DNA of 64,000 nt, from positions 32,001-96,000 of the forward strand of contig CM000435.1 in assembly GCA_000165345.1 (NCBI GenBank), read 5' to 3'. A program made the translations under genes and the position numbers. Under the pieces are notes generated by a model. That model did not search any database, was not told the DNA's origin, and saw nothing but the letters and a program-made list of their open reading frames with translations. Position 1 is the stretch's first letter; each line of letters begins with the position of its first letter. Below, piece by piece: positions 20,332 to 31,900 of the stretch.

Positions 20332-21270
20332 TTAATGTTTAGTACTAAGCAATGTGATTTCAAAAACTAAGTCGGCATTCTTGGGTATTACAGGAGGACA
20401 TCCTCTTGCACCATATCCTAGTTTTGAAGGAATGAATACTCTTCTAGTTTCTGTTACTATCATTCCCTTAACTCCCTGATCAAATCCAGGAACTACCTGT
20501 CCGCTTCCAATAGTAAATGAAAGATTTCCACTATCAAACTTTTTGCCGGTTTTTGCTAATCTACCTTCATATTTAACATTAACTTTGCTTCCTACTAGAG
20601 CAATCTGAGGAATATCTGATTTCACATTCTTTGAAATAGATAAAACTTCATATTTCAATCCATTTGGAAACTCTTTCTTGAATCCTGGAGAAATAATATC
20701 ATTCTGAACGTTCTTTATGTCTTTTGTCAAAGCAGAAGCTTTTTTTTTATCTTCAGCCTTTACTTTTTCTATTGTTTTGATAACTTTTTTCCCACCTTTC
20801 TGTGGCTCTTTCTCTGAAGCTGTTGATAATGAATCAGACTCTGATTCTGAATCGAAATTTTTCATTTCAATATCCTCTACTTGCTTCTCTGATTCATCAC
20901 CTTCAAGTGAAGAAATTTCAGATTCTTCATCATCAGAATGGTTAGCTTCACAGCATCCATCTTCACAACAGTCTTGCACTGGTAGATTTGCAATGCAATC
21001 AACTACACCACTTCCTTTACAGTACAATGTTGAGCCTGTCGGAAATTCTTGTTGATGAATACATGCATTTGGTTGAGACTTAGTTACTGTCGCTACGATT
21101 AAATCGTCCTGTGGATATCCCTGATCGGTTGGAAACTTGACATATACACTAACTTGAGTACCTTCTGTTAATGTAATATGTGACAAGGTTAAGCCAAATT
21201 CGCTGAACTCAAATTTATTATTGTTCTTTGAACCCTTTGTTGACAAAGTAAATCCGATTAACTTAAACAT
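20332..21270 (-). CDS. Nucleoplasmin-like FKBP-type peptidyl-prolyl isomerase (Fpr3/Fpr4/FKBP39 class)
   Basis: The ORF-track start at 21330 is a TTG. The first ATG is at 21270..21268, giving MFKLIGFTLSTKG.... The protein has an N-terminal nucleoplasmin-like beta domain and an acidic/Ser stretch (DDEESEISSLEGDESEKQVEDIEMKNFDSESESDS). The C-terminal FKBP domain reads KYEGRLAKTGKKFDSG.LSFTIGSGQVVPGFDQGVKGMIVTETRRVFIPSKLGYGARG...ADLVFEITLL. Confidence 0.8.
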   Translation of the reverse strand: MFKLIGFTLSTKGSKNNNKFEFSEFGLTLSHITLTEGTQVSVYVKFPTDQGYPQDDLIVATVTKSQPNACIHQQEFPTGSTLYCKGSGVVDCIANLPVQDCCEDGCCEANHSDDEESEISSLEGDESEKQVEDIEMKNFDSESESDSLSTASEKEPQKGGKKVIKTIEKVKAEDKKKASALTKDIKNVQNDIISPGFKKEFPNGLKYEVLSISKNVKSDIPQIALVGSKVNVKYEGRLAKTGKKFDSGNLSFTIGSGQVVPGFDQGVKGMIVTETRRVFIPSKLGYGARGCPPVIPKNADLVFEITLLSTKH

Positions 21271-21703
21271 TTTACTTAATTTTCCTAGAAATTTCTCTAT
21301 CAGTTTATATAAACTTAACTCTAGGGCCAAACTTGACTATAAATAAATACGTGGCGCCAAACCTCCGATATATGGACTATTCGGCCAGGTGAGAGAACGG
21401 CAAAAATAAAAAGATATTTGAAAAAAATATGCAAAATAGAATAGTACAACGATAGTTAACAGTTAGACTATTAGACATTCAATCTTGCACTTTATAAGAG
21501 GATTAAAACTTTCAAACACCGTGCAATCTACCTACTAGAATAAGCCTTATTAGAGCTAAATTCAGCGATTTCTTTCGTACGTAAATCTCGATAATAAACA
21601 ACAATATTAGATTACCTGGTATATTGACCAAATAGCAAAGAAATTTGAGCTCCAAAATGTACCTTTTGGAGAATGTTGACTTTAAAAAGAACCTTTTATT
21701 TAT

Positions 21704-22342
21704 TTAAAGGTCTTCGTCATCATCTTCAATTGGTGCATTTGCTGCCTCACTTAATTCTCTCTCAGCTTGAGCAACGAGAGTTGGGTCAATATTAACTTCC
21801 GGAGCTTTTGCATGCTGACCAACCAATTGCAAAGCTGGCTGATTTGTCAATCTTCTTGCCAACCACAAGAATGGTTTCTCAAAGTTGTAGTTACTTCTTG
21901 CAGAAATATCGTAATACTGGAGGTTACGCTTTCTATGATATTGAATTTGTCTTGCCTTAACCTGTCTATCCTTAACGTCAACTTTGTTTCCAACCAAAAC
22001 GATTGGAATGTTTTCGCAGACGCGAACAATATCTCTGTGCCAATTTGGAACATTCTTGTATGTAATTCTGGAAGTAACGTCGAACATAATAATAGCACAT
22101 TGCCCCTTTATATAATAACCATCTCTGAGCCCACCAAATTTCTCCTGGCCTGCAGTATCCCAAACATTGAAGATTAATGGACCAAAATCTGTGTTAAACT
22201 TCAATGGATGTACTTCAACGCCAATAGTAGGAATATATTTCTTTTCAAACTCTCCAGTTAAGTGGCGTTTTACAAGTGTAGTTTTACCAACGCCTCCATC
22301 ACCAACCAATGCAAGCTTGAATTCTGGTGCTTGAGCTGCCAT
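21704..22342 (-). CDS. RAN: GTP-binding nuclear protein Ran
   Basis: 212-aa ORF with ATG at 22342..22340. The translation is near-identical to eukaryotic Ran: [39 protein letters not shown]...[18 protein letters not shown]...[13 protein letters not shown], with an acidic DEDDDL-type tail. Confidence 0.95.
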   Translation of the reverse strand: MAAQAPEFKLALVGDGGVGKTTLVKRHLTGEFEKKYIPTIGVEVHPLKFNTDFGPLIFNVWDTAGQEKFGGLRDGYYIKGQCAIIMFDVTSRITYKNVPNWHRDIVRVCENIPIVLVGNKVDVKDRQVKARQIQYHRKRNLQYYDISARSNYNFEKPFLWLARRLTNQPALQLVGQHAKAPEVNIDPTLVAQAERELSEAANAPIEDDDEDL

Positions 22343-22663
22343 TTTCCTAAAATATTAGTAATCCCTGTTTAAAAATTTTCGCCAATAATAGATTACTCTA
22401 GGACTGCGTATTATTACCTTTATTAGGCCTCAAGTAATATTCTGTCTTACACCCACATGATTAGGCGGCAAGTTATTATCATTTCTTGTACCGGCATTTT
22501 GGTACTGGGTCTCTTAGTAAAAAACAATAAAAGGTATGAAAGAATTAGGAAAAAGAGTAACTTAATGCGATTGAACAAATATAGGTTTAGATGTGTATAT
22601 AAGTCTACACTTGCACTCTAAACTGCAAGCCATAGTTCTATTCTTATTTAGTAGATTAATAGT

Positions 22664-23539
22664 TCATTGCCCCAAGAGACATGCTCTGATTTCGTCTGCT
22701 CTTTTAGAGGCAACATCAATAAGTTGGCTCAGGTTGCTTTTTAACTTTCCTGGAGTGTATTTGCTAATGCATTGGGTCTGCAAAGTGTTGATTTGGTTAT
22801 CAACGCAGCAAATAGTAACGCTGCTTCCTATCGAGTCCTCCATGTAGTTTGGATCGCAAACCCATATGCTATCATTAAGGTATGAAAAGGAAACAAATAT
22901 TGGAACTTTTTTTAGAAAGAAACTTGAACTATCTTGCATCATTTGTTCTCTTTTAACTTCATCTTTAGAAATCGGATCAGAGGAAATCCTGAACCAATTG
23001 TAGTCGTCATCCCAAACCAAGTTCTTAGGTAAAATAGTGTTACGAAGGGATGCAATCGATGCAATTAGTGTATAATCCAATGGGTTTCCATCGTAAGATA
23101 GGCAAACCACTTTAATGTCAATCAACCAGTGTAACTCTTTACCCTGGAATTTTGTTATGAATGCTTCCTTGTTAATAATGCGCGAGTCATTCAAACACTC
23201 TGTGATGGAATTGGAAACAAAGTTGGAATGATTAGGGTTGCCTGTAAATCCACATATGGTTGGAAGTTCTAAGGAAACATTTATTCTTGTATTTGTTATG
23301 GCATTATTTGATTCTTGATCAAGGCCTGTATGAATTATCTGGGGGCTACAGCAGGCAATATAGGATGAGTTCCCTATTCTGACAGAGACAGCTCCATAAT
23401 TGCTAGAACTTAGCTCGTTCAATTCTAGCTTAAAATTCCTACAAACTTCAGGTTTCCTTCCGTCACACCTTACTCCTTGTTCCAAGAAGCGGTTCAAGTA
23501 CTCATCAGGTCTTAAATACCAAAGTGAACTCTTATTCAT
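22664..23539 (-). CDS. Exosome complex RNase PH-like subunit (Rrp43/Rrp42-type, probably non-catalytic)
   Basis: 291-aa ORF with an ATG start. N-terminal RNase PH fold signature: LRPDEYLNRFLEQGVRCDGRKPEVCRNFKLELNELSSSNYGAVSVRIGNSSYIACCSP. The C-terminal RNase PH domain 2 region follows. Confidence 0.65.
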   Translation of the reverse strand: MNKSSLWYLRPDEYLNRFLEQGVRCDGRKPEVCRNFKLELNELSSSNYGAVSVRIGNSSYIACCSPQIIHTGLDQESNNAITNTRINVSLELPTICGFTGNPNHSNFVSNSITECLNDSRIINKEAFITKFQGKELHWLIDIKVVCLSYDGNPLDYTLIASIASLRNTILPKNLVWDDDYNWFRISSDPISKDEVKREQMMQDSSSFFLKKVPIFVSFSYLNDSIWVCDPNYMEDSIGSSVTICCVDNQINTLQTQCISKYTPGKLKSNLSQLIDVASKRADEIRACLLGQ

Positions 23540-23789
23540 TATAAAACTGTCATTACAACATTAAATCCAAACATATATCGTTCTCTTTTTAATTCTCCAT
23601 TAAATATGTTTCTCGACATCAAATACTTAGTATGGCTTAGGCGCCAAAAATAAGAGGATGACACCTAATCTGCATGTTTATAAAATTATGAAAAATTATT
23701 TAATTAATATTTAAGAATTTGTTATGTTAAAGCCACAAAAATTGTAATTACTCTTTGCTAAAACGCTTATTTAAGTGTCGTAGACTAAG

Positions 23790-24701
23790 ATGCAAAGCTC
23801 TAAAACTATTACTGATCAATTTGAAGAATTGATTAAGAAAGCAAAGACGTTGAATAAAACTCACCCAGTAGTTCAAGAAGAAAATGTGGACGATAAAAAT
23901 AAAAAGAATGAATTAAATTCTGCCAAACTTGAAATTTCAATGCTTCAGAAGCGTCATGAAATGTGTGTTGTACAAAAAAATGCTATTAAGGATCTAATCA
24001 ACCTCCATAAGGAAGAATTACAGCTTTTAGAAAGTGCCTTAAGAACAATTGAATCCGAGGAGAAGAAAGTACTTGAAATAATACTTAGGGAAACTCTTGA
24101 TGGTGATTCACTTACTAGAGCAACATCTGTGGAAATGGTTGAGCGTGATAATGACTCTGCATATACAAAATCCATCCTCCCATCTGAAGATTTATCTACA
24201 CAAACTACTTATGAGAATTTAGAACATGATGCTTCAAAAAGCTATACTAGCTCTAATAATAGAGATCCAGAGTACTCAAATGATGAGTATTCCTATAAAG
24301 ATGAGTTAGAAAGTGATGAATCTAATGATTATTCAGATAATACTTCAGAGCAAGAAGACTTTTCTTCAAGATATTCAACTAGTAGAGTAAATACAGAAAG
24401 AAAGGTCAGATTTTCGATTGACGACTTGGGGGTTAGCTCAGAAACTAAATCGAATAATGTATCAAAGTCCAACTCAAGTTATAGTGTTACAAATGCGGCA
24501 AGGCCTTCCAATTCAATTAGAACTACAATAAGTATTCCTCAAAGATATAATTATATTAGAAACAGAAATTCCAGTCTAATGAAAGAGATTTCAATTAAAA
24601 AGATATTGGAAGGTAACAGAAAGCTAGATATGGAAGAAAAAGATCAAGGCCAAAGAGAATTGGTGAGAAAGCTACATACATTATATTCATCTAAAAGATA
24701 G
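23790..24701 (+). CDS. Hypothetical protein with an N-terminal coiled coil and a Ser/Asn/Asp-rich C-terminus
   Basis: 303-aa ORF with an ATG start. The first ~100 aa have heptad-like periodicity. The remainder is low-complexity, acidic and S-rich. I recognise no family. Confidence 0.4.
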   Translation: MQSSKTITDQFEELIKKAKTLNKTHPVVQEENVDDKNKKNELNSAKLEISMLQKRHEMCVVQKNAIKDLINLHKEELQLLESALRTIESEEKKVLEIILRETLDGDSLTRATSVEMVERDNDSAYTKSILPSEDLSTQTTYENLEHDASKSYTSSNNRDPEYSNDEYSYKDELESDESNDYSDNTSEQEDFSSRYSTSRVNTERKVRFSIDDLGVSSETKSNNVSKSNSSYSVTNAARPSNSIRTTISIPQRYNYIRNRNSSLMKEISIKKILEGNRKLDMEEKDQGQRELVRKLHTLYSSKR

Positions 24702-24706
24702 AAAAA

Positions 24707-26965
24707 TTATTTAGGTATTTTAAAAACTACTGGCTTGGATGCCTTTGCATTTTGAATCAAACTTGAGCACTTTGATGTACCGACAATTCTTTCAAGAGCT
24801 AAGGAATTTTGCCAATGAAAGAGAGTAACTGCTAGTGGAGCAGTAGATTTTGGATTACTTTTATCTGGGCCTTGTGAAAAGTTAATGCTTTGAATACAAT
24901 CTAGATAAATACTCGGGTAGATTGGAGGGCCACAGAATATCACCTTTGTTGCACCTTTAAGAAGGTATCTCCTAAAGAATAAAAACCTCTCTGTAGTTAT
25001 TAAAATAGGGAGCTCTCCTTTATAAAATGCAAATCTATTTCTAGAAAGTGAAGCGTTTGATGTTGACTCATTACATGAAGCAAATATTGCGTTTTGTTGA
25101 AGAAGGTATTTTCTAATCCTCAGATATATTACATAATTTGAAAGTACAATTAATACTCTCTCTGTTTTCCCATCTAAAGCTGCCAAAATATCAGGATAAA
25201 GAGTTGAACCAAAGTAATTAAGCAAACACTCTTCTGGCGTCCCTGTGTCACCTGTCTTAATAAACATCTGTTGAATTCCCTCCACTAACTTCGGCGCAAT
25301 ATACAATGGTAAATTCTTCTCCATGTATCCTATTATCTTCTCTAGTGGTTTCCATAATCTTATAAACCCTCTTCTATTTTGTGTATGGTTTCTAAATAAT
25401 GAATTAATATCTTCTATTCTACATGCAGAAATCATAATTGTTTGTCTGAATTCCTTTGAATTCCCATCTAAAAATGCTTGGTATACTCTCCTAATATCGC
25501 AGTTTCCTAGTGATTTTTTAGGAAGTTTGTTCATCACTTTAAATACATCAAGTATATGATCCCAGTTTTGCATAAAAATTATGTCAGCTCCAAAAACTAA
25601 GCAAACTTCGATACTTGAACAGAACGAAATATCTGAGCCTTTTCCTCCTTCACTCATCCCCATCACTCTTCTAATACCTAATGGAGAAGCAATAATAATA
25701 TCAGAGTTATCAAAAGAACTGTATAGGTTCATTCCAGATTTGGTAAGCTGAATGCCAAGCTTAAATTCGTCATCATGGTCTTTACCTTCAAAAAGATATC
25801 TATAAAGCTCATCATTTCTGCCTAATTTACTTTCTAATACATTTGTTTTGCTCTGATTTTCTACGCTTTCAGCCTTTTGATCCTTCTTAATTTTCTCGTT
25901 ACCTTCATTGGTGGCTTCCTCATTCTCCGAAGAATTATCAGGAAGCCCAAATTCTTCTTCAAACCTGTCATATCCTCTTAATACTTTTCCATGGGGTAAA
26001 ATTGTAACTAAAGTATCTACAAGTTTCTTAGCAACTCCTTTGAATGGGCACAAAATTAAAACTCTGCATCTATTGAAACCTTGATCTCTGAATCTATCAT
26101 CTCCTAAATTATCAATATTAGAATTCACCTTATCCTTAATGGCTTCTTGCAATTTCGAGTTATTATTCATTACAAGCTGTCTGGAGTTATATATATGCCT
26201 ACTAATATGTAGCATGCAAAGTGACATTGCCCAAGGAGAAGTAATGGCTTTTAAATTCGAATATTCTACATCAATGTAGCCATTAACAATCCCATAAAAA
26301 GTATTTAACTCATCCAATTCATGAGATTCTAGAATTTCAAAAGATTCTATATGCTTTCCCCAATTTTGCCTAAATTTTGAATCCATTTGAAAATTAGCCA
26401 GATTAAGTTTTCCTTTCTTAAATTTTGGAGTTTCTAATATTAGCTTTTGAATGTCTCTAATCCTATCAGACATTTGGGAACTCTCTAGTTTGAATGGACT
26501 GAAACCAGGAAGATTTACTATCTCCTTCTCAGTTTTCTCTTTAGATTCTGCAGTCACTTTGCAATTAATCTCAGGAATTTGTTGCATTCCTTCATTGGTA
26601 TAGTCAGCAAAATATTCACCATGTTTTTTAGTAAAAGTTATCTCGGTTCCAACATTTCCTTCTAATGCTCCATTATGAGTATCAATCGAATTAGTGACCT
26701 CTTCAGTGCCATTACTTTCAGTTTCCTTTTTCTTTGAAGATTCCTTTAAATTGTTTTGGAAGTCATTTCGAACAAATTGCATCCACTTAGAATATACATC
26801 CGAAGAATTTGAAATCATCCCATTTATTTCTCCATCTAAGTCGCTTAGAGTACTATCAGAATCAAATTTTCTCGTATCAGTCCTTATTTTTTTGGAAGTA
26901 GTACCAATTGGTCTAGAATTGCCATTTTTAGATTTCAGACTCCGACGTTTCGATCTGAGAGTCAT
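24707..26965 (-). CDS. UTP25: UTP25/DEF (digestive-organ expansion factor) family nucleolar SSU-processome protein
   Basis: 752-aa ORF with an ATG start. Basic S/K-rich N-terminus. The conserved DEAD-like core of the family is present: DDRFRDQGFNRCRVLILCPFKGVAKKLVDTL aligns with the RDQGFTRPKVLILLP block. A downstream helicase-C-like half follows. Confidence 0.65.
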   Translation of the reverse strand: MTLRSKRRSLKSKNGNSRPIGTTSKKIRTDTRKFDSDSTLSDLDGEINGMISNSSDVYSKWMQFVRNDFQNNLKESSKKKETESNGTEEVTNSIDTHNGALEGNVGTEITFTKKHGEYFADYTNEGMQQIPEINCKVTAESKEKTEKEIVNLPGFSPFKLESSQMSDRIRDIQKLILETPKFKKGKLNLANFQMDSKFRQNWGKHIESFEILESHELDELNTFYGIVNGYIDVEYSNLKAITSPWAMSLCMLHISRHIYNSRQLVMNNNSKLQEAIKDKVNSNIDNLGDDRFRDQGFNRCRVLILCPFKGVAKKLVDTLVTILPHGKVLRGYDRFEEEFGLPDNSSENEEATNEGNEKIKKDQKAESVENQSKTNVLESKLGRNDELYRYLFEGKDHDDEFKLGIQLTKSGMNLYSSFDNSDIIIASPLGIRRVMGMSEGGKGSDISFCSSIEVCLVFGADIIFMQNWDHILDVFKVMNKLPKKSLGNCDIRRVYQAFLDGNSKEFRQTIMISACRIEDINSLFRNHTQNRRGFIRLWKPLEKIIGYMEKNLPLYIAPKLVEGIQQMFIKTGDTGTPEECLLNYFGSTLYPDILAALDGKTERVLIVLSNYVIYLRIRKYLLQQNAIFASCNESTSNASLSRNRFAFYKGELPILITTERFLFFRRYLLKGATKVIFCGPPIYPSIYLDCIQSINFSQGPDKSNPKSTAPLAVTLFHWQNSLALERIVGTSKCSSLIQNAKASKPVVFKIPK

Positions 26966-27147
26966 TGTATGTTGAATTCAAGAAACATATAACGAGGTAA
27001 ACGGCATAGATCAACTCAAATGATTCTAAGTTTTGGGAAATAAGCAAAGATTGGAATAAAATTATAATTGTATTTGGAATCATTCAAAAAATCCCTATGA
27101 CTATTTGGCGCGAGCGGTCAATATTACTTTGATATATTGCGGACAAA

Positions 27148-28099
27148 TTAACTTGTAAGGTAAGTAACAAAAGCTGCAACAGAATAAGAAACAGTGCCTG
27201 GGATAAGTCCACTAACAAGCATTGTAATTGCAGATCTAATTGGAGGCATATTGCAGAACTTTCCTTTGACATATCCCAAAACATAAAGTGTAACAGCACA
27301 GCAAATACATGCCGTAGAGAAAGAAAGTGCCTGGGAAAACTCGTTGAGTAGATCAGAAAGAGAAAATATGTATTTAAATGAAACAAAGGAAAGCATTGGT
27401 ATGAGTCCAAATAGTGCGAAGCTGAAAAACATGAAAGTAGCAGTTTTTAGTGGTGAGGGTTGAGAGGAGTCACCTTGCTCAATTATCAATCCCAATTCTT
27501 CAAACATCATGTTTGATATAAAAAAATCCTTGTATTTAAAAGTTAAATCTACCATTTTCTGTGCATCTTCTTCAGAAAACCCATATTTTAACTGATATAA
27601 ATTGTACATTTCACTTATTTCTTCCTCTGGGCAATTTTCAACTTCCCATTTTTCTCTTTCTTGTTCAGAATGAACGAACTCCTTTTCAGCTTTAGAACTA
27701 ACATACTCTCCAACTGACATAGCAAATGCATCTGCTAGTAGACTACCCATGCAAATTGTAAAAAGCTGAATAGTTGTAAAACCAGCAGCAACGCAGCCAG
27801 AAACAAGTGAAAATATGGTGATGATCCCATCTAGACCACCAAAAACAATGACCTTAAGTAGTTCACTCTGAGTTCCAAGGTGTTCCTCTTTGTGAGGATA
27901 TCTTTTGTGTACTAAACTAAATAAAACATATTTTTGTTTGAAGAATTCATTATTAATTAGCCGTGTTTCCAAACAAATAAAATTATTAAACTTACGCTGA
28001 CCTCTCGATATCACGCTCCCTATAAGCTTCTCTTGCTTCCTCCAATCTTTCACTTCGTTTAAATATGCTATTATAAAATCCTTTAACTATAGTATTCAT
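27148..28099 (-). CDS. VIT1: Vacuolar iron transporter VIT1/CCC1 family. Two exons: join(27148..27916, 27996..28099) on the minus strand
   Basis: The ORF-track start at 28053 is a GTG, and the frame has no Met before TM1. An upstream ATG at 28099..28097 opens MNTIVKGFYNSIFKRSERLEEAREAYRERDIERS in another frame. That exon ends at a GTAAGT donor (27995..27990). A 79-nt intron (27917..27995, acceptor TTTTATTTAG) shifts the frame onto the main ORF at ...ALVHKRYPHKEEHLGTQSELLKVIVFGGLDGIITIFSLVSG. Family motifs are the five-TM layout with the cytoplasmic metal-binding helix (GEYVSSKAEKEFVHSEQEREKWEVENCPEEE). Confidence 0.7.
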
Positions 28100-28526
28100 C
28101 TTTTAGGGAGTACAGACTAACTAATCCTCAATTTTGAGAATAATAAAACCAAAATATATTTTTGATACCAAAAATAATTAAATAAAGATACTTTTTTCTT
28201 TATATTCTCTTTAGTTGACTAAAAGTTGTTTATTTAATTCCTAATTGAAATTAATTGTTTTCTTTAAAATTGGAAAATAAAAATATAATATTTGAGCGCG
28301 CCAAAAATAAACTTTTCTCCAAGTCAAGCATATACAAGAAAGTATAGAATAAAAGAAATTTAAGAAAAAAATTGATTCAAATGAAAACTATTTAAATTGC
28401 CTTACCAAAATTTACCTTAATGCAACAAAATTTTAGTTGGTTTACCTAATAAGAAAAATCCAATTTTTACATATTTTTTCAATTATATTACTAAACGCAG
28501 CGCCTAAATATTACTCGATACCGGCA

Positions 28527-28534
28527 TTGCATGC
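28527..28534. promoter_or_regulatory. TGCATGCA palindrome (ApiAP2-type motif), 390 bp upstream of the amine-oxidase gene. It directly abuts a TACCGGCAT element at 28519..28527
   Basis: This is one copy of a recurrent intergenic octamer. Other copies: 8075..8082, 13612..13623 (ATGCATGCATGCAG), 34341..34348, 37162..37169 (with GCGCATGCAT at 37099..37108 and CATGCGCATG at 37131..37140), 44356..44370 (TGCATGCTTGCATGC), 44430..44437, 55701..55708, 62393..62400. Weaker copies (TTGCATGT) lie at 17401..17440. Confidence 0.5.
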
Positions 28535-28926
28535 AAAATACTGTCACTAAATGCCCCACATTTTAAATGTAAATCTTAGAAAAATGTCATCAATTAGCAT
28601 GCAAAAAAAAAAATATTTAAATCTTGGAAAAAAGAGAGGCAAATGCTTGAATTTAATGATTAAATTGATATATTTTGAGAATTCAAGTTAAAGGTTTATT
28701 TTAATTATTACTATTAATATTATTATTACTAATATTACATATTGGAATCCAAGTTTAGTCAAACAAGAAAATCTGCTAAGTTTCTTTCAACTAAAAAATT
28801 ATTACTTAATAAGATAGATTCAATTGGAGAATATAAAAGAAAATAGAAGAAAAGAGAATAAGAATAAATAATCAAAGGTGTGTATCAAGTATAAATAAAT
28901 TATCTCAGAGATACCTAAGACTTGGA

Positions 28927-31900
28927 ATGATGAACAATATATTTGGGGAGCCAAGAAATGAATTTTGGTATAGGATTAACGAACAAGCTGCAATTAGAAG
29001 AAACCATCCAGAAAATGATCTTCTCCAAATTTCAGATTCATACAATACCCCAGGAATTAAAAATAGGTTTGAAGGACTAATTTCAAGCTACTACCAGGAA
29101 AATAATGGTAGTAAAAACCTTTTAATGAATACAGGATACCATAAGAATGTTACAGATAAGAACTCGACTATGGATAAGAAAAATATTGGAAGTACCTCTA
29201 TTATTAGATTTCACTCGCACTTTTTAAATATGATGAAAAAGGGATTAATATGTTTTTCATGTGGTAGTATTCTGAGATCAAACTTTGGAAGCAAAATTAA
29301 CTCCGATATCAACTCAATCCAAACATGTCCCAGTAATTCTGATGTCACAGGATTCACATGCGTTGTTGAAACATGTGGAAGATCAATCTGCAATCCTTGT
29401 CTTCAGTTTTCTAGGGTTCATGATGTATCTCTTTTTAACTCCGAGCTAAGTACCTGCATAATATGTGAATATCAAAATGAGTATAATCAGAGAAACCCAA
29501 TCAACCCGAGAGCTCCAATTGAGTGGCATTGGACATTTCATACTCCAGAGGATTTAACTTTTCTTAGAAAGGTCAGAAGTGGATTGATCAATGGAAATGG
29601 GTTACATATTGAACTTAGTGGAAAACGCCAGGGATGTTGGAGAAGAAGAAAAGATGGAAAAAGAAAACACTTCAGTTTTAAACAACATGGTGGCTTTTTT
29701 GAGAGTCGAGCTGTTGCCCTGGAATTCAAAGCTGTTCAAATAAAGGCAGGAGGCCAAGATTACCAATCAGCTCCACTAATGATTACTGCTATTGGAGAAA
29801 GCTACTCGGAAATTGTGCCTAGAAGAATTCATAGGGGAAACCAGGAACTACATAATCACCAAAGACTCATCCTAAGCAGTATTAATGATGGATCTTGTGC
29901 AATTTGCTTTCAAAAACAAACCAATCTTTGTCAAAATGCAAGTACAAACACCACAATTGAATCTAGATTTTCCAGTTGCGTTGCATGTGGAAGATTTTTC
30001 TGCCACTTATGTATCTTGTATATCCGAAGCAGCAATCCATGTAGTCCAATAGCTGCTCATTTCCTAAGTGAAAAACTTATTTGTGCTTTGTGTCAACACT
30101 TGAGTGTTCAGCCAACTGACAAGTTTGCTCAGTTTATCCACGACTTTTGTTCTCTTTTACCATCAAATACTCCCCTAATCAAATTTGACAAGTATAATAT
30201 GAAATGGAAGACGCCTTATGGTTCTGTCAGTGTTGTAGAATCTGGAGGGATCTTGGAATCCAGAAGAGAGGCCTACTGCCAGCTTGAAACTGGACAAAGC
30301 TTAGAAGTTACATGCTCATATGATAGGAATATATTTTATGGCGAGATTGGGAACAAGCTTGGTTATTATACACAATTCGCAAAAAATGGAATGTTAAGAG
30401 TCTATGGCCCATTTGAGACTTATGATGAAGCTGGAAGAAGGTGGGATTTGGATGCTCTCAAATACTATGGGGCAGAGAAAGCAATGAGAAAGGCATTCTT
30501 TCCAAAACTTTTGACCTGGCTTTCTCTCCCTCAAACTTTACAAAGATACTTCCTTGCTCCTTGGATTGTATGGTCAATGGATAAAGACGAAAGTTGTCAG
30601 AAATCCCAAAAAAAAGTTGGACTTACAAATAATCCTATCACCAAAACATACGATGTTATAATCATTGGAGCTGGAGTTTCTGGTCTCAAATCTGCAGAAG
30701 CCCTACTTAACAAAGGACTCAGTGTTCTTGTGCTAGAAGCTCAAAATATTCCTTTTGGGCGAATTTCCAGTTACAGCCAATGGACAAATCATAAAAGAAG
30801 ACTTTCCAGTGAAATTTGCTTTTATAGAGAAAAAAGAGATACTAGGGAGAGCTCCAGAGAAGCTGATAGGAAAAAGAATAATGACGAAAATGCGGAAGAA
30901 CTGGTTAGCCAACTTTCCGAGGAAACAGTTTCCATAGCAAATGAACTCATCCGGCTTTCTCTCGAGTTACTTGAAGAAGTTGTGATTGACATGTTTCATC
31001 CTCTTTCAACAGTTCTTGAGCCTCCAATCAAAGAATTTATGTGTAAAAGTGGAAATGATTACTTTGAAAGAGTGAATCCAGCTAAATTGGTCCTTCAGAG
31101 AATTAAGGAATTTGGAGAAACTGTCAACTGGAGGTGGATTCTTATTAACTACTGTCTTCCACTTTCCTTGAAAAGGTTAAATATTAAGAATCTCTCCAGT
31201 TTCTCAAAAAAGTACATAGAAAAGGCAACATGTGGTGACTATGGAGAGAATCTATTCAAAAATATCGAACAGTTCTACTGGGAAAGACTTCCAAGATTTG
31301 TAGGATTTGAAGAACTCCCATGGAGGGAGTACTGGTGTTACCCCAAAAACAACCTTGAAAGACTTAAATTCTCTGCAAGCATATTCCATCATATCCAACT
31401 GCAGAAAGAATCTATTATAGAAAGAAGCTTTGATGAGTGTGATCTTATTGACTGTGAACTCCAAAAGTTAATCCAAAACAACGAAATACTTAATAATACT
31501 CATTTTAATAGTCCAGTTTCTGATATACTATACAATAACGAGACAGATCAGGTTAACGTTAGAATTAGTAATGGAACATGGTTCAGTTCTTCATGCGTTA
31601 TTTGTACTCTTCCTATTGGAGTTTTAAAAAAGAGTGTCCAGTCATCTGAGAATAATCCCGGGAATTCTAATAAAGTACAAGGAGCTCAATGCCAACTTTC
31701 TAATATATCTTCATTTAAGAACTCCATCAAATTTATCCCACCATTGCCTTATGAAACTATTAGGTCCATTAAGCTATTGGAAATGAACAGCTACACTGAG
31801 TTATTTTTAAAACTTAATATTAATCCAATTCTTTCTAACTCAGGGTCTACTCCAAGTACAAATTGCAACGCAATCTCTAGTTCTCCATCATCTATCATCA

